This document shows positions 61,165 through 64,000 of a stretch of 64,000 bases of DNA, piece by piece. The position numbers and the translations under genes were made by a program. A model generated the notes under the pieces. It searched no databases. It worked only from the letters and a program-made list of their open reading frames with translations, and was not told the origin of the DNA. The stretch is taken from NCBI GenBank assembly GCA_041581635.1, contig JBFICW010000007.1, positions 4,765 to 68,764 of the forward strand. The letters run 5' to 3'. This DNA is from Porticoccus sp. (GTDB lineage Bacteria > Pseudomonadota > Gammaproteobacteria > Pseudomonadales > Porticoccaceae). Numbering within the stretch: the stretch's first letter is position 1; every line of letters starts with the position of its first letter.

Positions 61165-62490
61165 ATGTTATTTACTGATCTCGGCCTGTCGGCCGAAATA
61201 CTTCGTGCTGTGTCAGAACAAGGCTACAGCCAACCTACACCTATTCAATCTCAAGCTATTCCTGTCGTCCTAAAAGGCGGCGATGTTTTGGCGGGGGCAC
61301 AGACAGGTACTGGCAAGACAGCAGGTTTTACTCTGCCCTTATTACAAAGGCTGAGTACCCAGAAGCCCGCCAGCGGTCAACGCCCTGTTCGTGCTTTAGT
61401 TCTAACGCCAACGCGCGAGTTAGCCGCCCAGGTGGGAGAGAGTGTCGAGACCTATGGTAAGTACTTGCCAATGCGCTCTGCGGTCATTTTTGGCGGGGTC
61501 AAAATTAATCCGCAAATTGCTATGTTGCGGCGGGGTGTTGATATTCTAGTCGCGACACCGGGACGTCTTTTAGACCACGTAAATCAAAAAACCCTGGACC
61601 TCTCTCAGGTTGAAATCTTAGTACTGGATGAAGCTGATCGCATGTTGGATATGGGGTTTATTCATGATATTCGCAAGGTCTTGGCATTGTTACCAAAAGG
61701 GCGTCAGAATCTGTTGTTCTCTGCGACATTTTCCAATGAGATTAAGCGACTGGCTGACGGCTTGCTGGATTCCCCCTCATTAATTGAAGTGGCGCGGCGC
61801 AACACAACAGCCGAAAGTATTGACCAAGTGGTGCATTTTGTCGATAAAGGTAGAAAGCGTGAGCTTCTCTCCTTCTTGATTGGCTCTGGTAATTGGCAGC
61901 AGGTGTTGGTATTTACTCGCACCAAGCATGGCGCTAATCGGTTAGCCGAGCAACTGGGTAATGACGGTTTAACGGCAGCCGCTATTCATGGCAACAAAAG
62001 TCAGGGTGCACGTACTCGTGCGCTTGCAGATTTTAAGCGCGGTGCAGTGCGGGTATTAGTCGCTACTGATATTGCAGCTCGCGGTCTTGATATTGACCAA
62101 CTCCCCCATGTGGTTAACTTCGAACTTCCTAATGTGCCCGAAGATTATGTGCACCGAATTGGACGTACGGGTCGTGCTGGTAATGAAGGTGAAGCGGTTT
62201 CTCTCGTCTGTGTCGATGAACATAAACTTTTGCGCGATATAGAGCGCCTGCTAAAAAGTGAAGTGCCTAAAGTTGATGTGGATGGTTATAAGCCAGACCC
62301 CTCCATCAAGGCTGAACCGATTCAAAATGGCCGCCAAAATCGTGGTGGAGGTGGTAGGTCTCGGGCCGGAGGTAACGCTAGTGGCAATAGAAATGGTGCT
62401 CGCTCGCAGGGTGCCGGTAATAACGGTGGTGCCAGTAGGCGTAGGTCGGGTGGTGCGCGAGGTGCTCAGGCTGCGGGTTCAAGAGGCTAA
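61165..62490 (+). CDS. rhlE: DEAD-box RNA helicase RhlE
   Basis: [39 protein letters not shown]; Gly/Arg-rich tail. Confidence 0.92.
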   Translation: MLFTDLGLSAEILRAVSEQGYSQPTPIQSQAIPVVLKGGDVLAGAQTGTGKTAGFTLPLLQRLSTQKPASGQRPVRALVLTPTRELAAQVGESVETYGKYLPMRSAVIFGGVKINPQIAMLRRGVDILVATPGRLLDHVNQKTLDLSQVEILVLDEADRMLDMGFIHDIRKVLALLPKGRQNLLFSATFSNEIKRLADGLLDSPSLIEVARRNTTAESIDQVVHFVDKGRKRELLSFLIGSGNWQQVLVFTRTKHGANRLAEQLGNDGLTAAAIHGNKSQGARTRALADFKRGAVRVLVATDIAARGLDIDQLPHVVNFELPNVPEDYVHRIGRTGRAGNEGEAVSLVCVDEHKLLRDIERLLKSEVPKVDVDGYKPDPSIKAEPIQNGRQNRGGGGRSRAGGNASGNRNGARSQGAGNNGGASRRRSGGARGAQAAGSRG

Positions 62491-62577
62491 AATAGTAATA
62501 TGGGCAGGGGGTGGTAACCCTCTGCGGTATTGCGACAGGCTGGTGAGCTAACAGATGAGAGTATTAGATATGGCAAT

Positions 62578-62610
62578 AAAAAAGGGCAAGACGTGAGTCT
62601 TGCCCTTTTT
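62578..62610. terminator. Bidirectional terminator between rhlE and the csp gene
   Basis: AAAAAAGGGCAAGAC-GTGA-GTCTTGCCCTTTTT. Confidence 0.92.
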
Positions 62611-62676
62611 AACGTCTAGCACCTAATAAAAGGTACTAGCGTTGTAGTGCCTAAAGCTAGAGAGATTCTCTAAGAC

Positions 62677-62883
62677 TTAGATTACTACGATGTTTTCTGC
62701 TTGAGGACCTTTTTGGCCTTGAGTAACAGTAAACTCAACTTTTTGGCCTTCGATCAGAGTTTTGAAGCCTGAAGAAGAAATGGCGCTGAAGTGAGCAAAT
62801 ACATCGGGACCAGATTCTTGCTCGATGAAACCAAAACCTTTAGCTTCGTTGAACCATTTAACTGTACCAGTAGTAGTAGACAT
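62677..62883 (-). CDS. Cold-shock protein (CspA family)
   Basis: [15 protein letters not shown] (RNP1), VFAHF (RNP2), KGPQAEN. Confidence 0.97.
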   Translation of the reverse strand: MSTTTGTVKWFNEAKGFGFIEQESGPDVFAHFSAISSSGFKTLIEGQKVEFTVTQGQKGPQAENIVVI

Positions 62884-63040
62884 AGTCGTATCCTTTAATT
62901 CAATAGTAATTTAATGCCTTTAAAATAAGGCTGTGTTGCTGAAATGTGTTGCTATTACTTATGAAGAACCGGACGAGCTACTAATGACGAGACATCGAAA
63001 TGGTGTGCATAAATATAAGACGTACTTTCAAGCTGCAATG

Positions 63041-63068
63041 AGTATATACCACTTTGTCTGGTAGTCAA
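63041..63068 (-). promoter_or_regulatory. Candidate csp promoter giving a ~150-nt 5' UTR
   Basis: TTGACT-16 nt-TATACT on the minus strand. Confidence 0.55.
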
Positions 63069-63206
63069 CGTGTATTCGTTGCTCTTCTATTCTTATAACC
63101 AAAATAAAACAATCGTCTAGGTGCTAACCGCCTAAGCTGCGGTATAGAACTCTCGGTAGTAAATCAGAAAATGCTTTGGGGGCCCAGTTATTAGCCTTGG
63201 AGCACT

Positions 63207-63539
63207 CTAGCCTTCGGGGAATACCACTAAAAGTACACAGCCAGTTTTTGATTGTGGAATATGAGAGGTGCCGACAGGGTGGTGGATAAACGTACCCGCT
63301 TTATAATCGTTTTTTCCATCATTAAATACCCCTGAAATGACAAACACCTGTTCTGGGCCGGGGTCGTGAATATCTAGCTCTGGATATACAGAGCCGGGTT
63401 GGAACTCAACCACAACAACTCTTTTGTTATCTTCACCCAGCCAAAGTACCCGTTGGGTAATGCCTGGTGCGCCTTCTTCAGGTTCAATGTCCTGCCAATT
63501 GGTGGCGACAACACCTTCGAGGTTCATGACTTCGTTCAT
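63207..63539 (-). CDS. ChrR-like cupin-domain protein
   Basis: H.PGPEQVFVISGVFND...AGTFIHHP.GTSH.P.SKTGC. Confidence 0.8.
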   Translation of the reverse strand: MNEVMNLEGVVATNWQDIEPEEGAPGITQRVLWLGEDNKRVVVVEFQPGSVYPELDIHDPGPEQVFVISGVFNDGKNDYKAGTFIHHPVGTSHIPQSKTGCVLLVVFPEG

Positions 63540-63640
63540 GCGTAAGCTCCTTTTTTAGTGATTAGATAGACTGCATTTGTGCTCTTGAGTTCATTATAGG
63601 CGGAGTGGTGCAGCCTGCAATGTGCTGGCCAATGCTTATT

Positions 63641-64000
63641 TTAGTGGGTAAATAGAAGTTGTAGGTGGTCTGGCAGTTGGTAACTTTTTTTTGCCCCGTC
63701 AATGGGTGATATAAAAGCTAGGTAAGTTGATGACAGGCAGAGGTTGGAAGTATAGGCGCTACTTTGACCGTAAAGTCTATCACCCACAATAGGGAAGTGG
63801 GCCTCAGATAAGTGTCGTCTGATTTGGTGTTTTCGTCCTGTCTTTATCGTCACGCTAATAAGGGACTGGTTACTGTCTGGGTTAAATAAAATTCGTTTGG
63901 CGTGGCTTAGTGCGGGCTTGTTTTGAATGTCCGATGTCATCGTCAACTCATTGGGGAATTCACCCCAAACAATGGCCTGGTATATCTTCTCAATCGCGCG
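63641..64000 (-). CDS. RluA-family pseudouridine synthase, C-terminal part (5' end outside window)
   Basis: Open frame from the window edge: RAIEKIYQAIVWG...TGRKHQIRRHL...PIVGDRLYG. Confidence 0.88.
   Translation of the reverse strand, partial: RAIEKIYQAIVWGEFPNELTMTSDIQNKPALSHAKRILFNPDSNQSLISVTIKTGRKHQIRRHLSEAHFPIVGDRLYGQSSAYTSNLCLSSTYLAFISPIDGAKKSYQLPDHLQLLFTH

Overview
Housekeeping-rich 64-kb segment of a gammaproteobacterial chromosome. Gene order and protein style suggest a Pseudomonadales/Cellvibrionales-like marine lineage (inference, not a database result). In order: S10(part)-spc-alpha ribosomal/RNAP operons (rplB to rplQ, including rpmJ, which the ORF track misses); galE; an orphan PAS histidine-kinase-like gene with a degenerate ATP-binding domain; a methyltransferase and an AtoE-type transporter; lptD-surA-pdxA-rsmA-apaG-apaH; amgK-murU; miaB-phoH-ybeY-corC-lnt and leuS-lptE-holA; a ~2.8-kb integrase-less islet between tRNA-Met and a decayed copy of its 3' half, carrying a non-canonical hflK-hflC pair and a Lys-rich 40-aa ORF; lolB-ispE-tRNA-Gln-prs-rplY-pth-ychF; hemA-prfA-prmC; a complete AmmeMemoRadiSam (AMMECR1/MEMO1/radical SAM) trio flanked by a flavin reductase and an HvfX-like DoxX gene; and an RNA-chaperone-rich end (two DEAD-box helicases, cold-shock protein, partial RluA). 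I saw no CRISPR array, rRNA, transposase or intact integrase. Best leads: the tRNA-Met islet, the AmmeMemoRadiSam locus with its flanking elements, and the candidate pseudo-histidine kinase.
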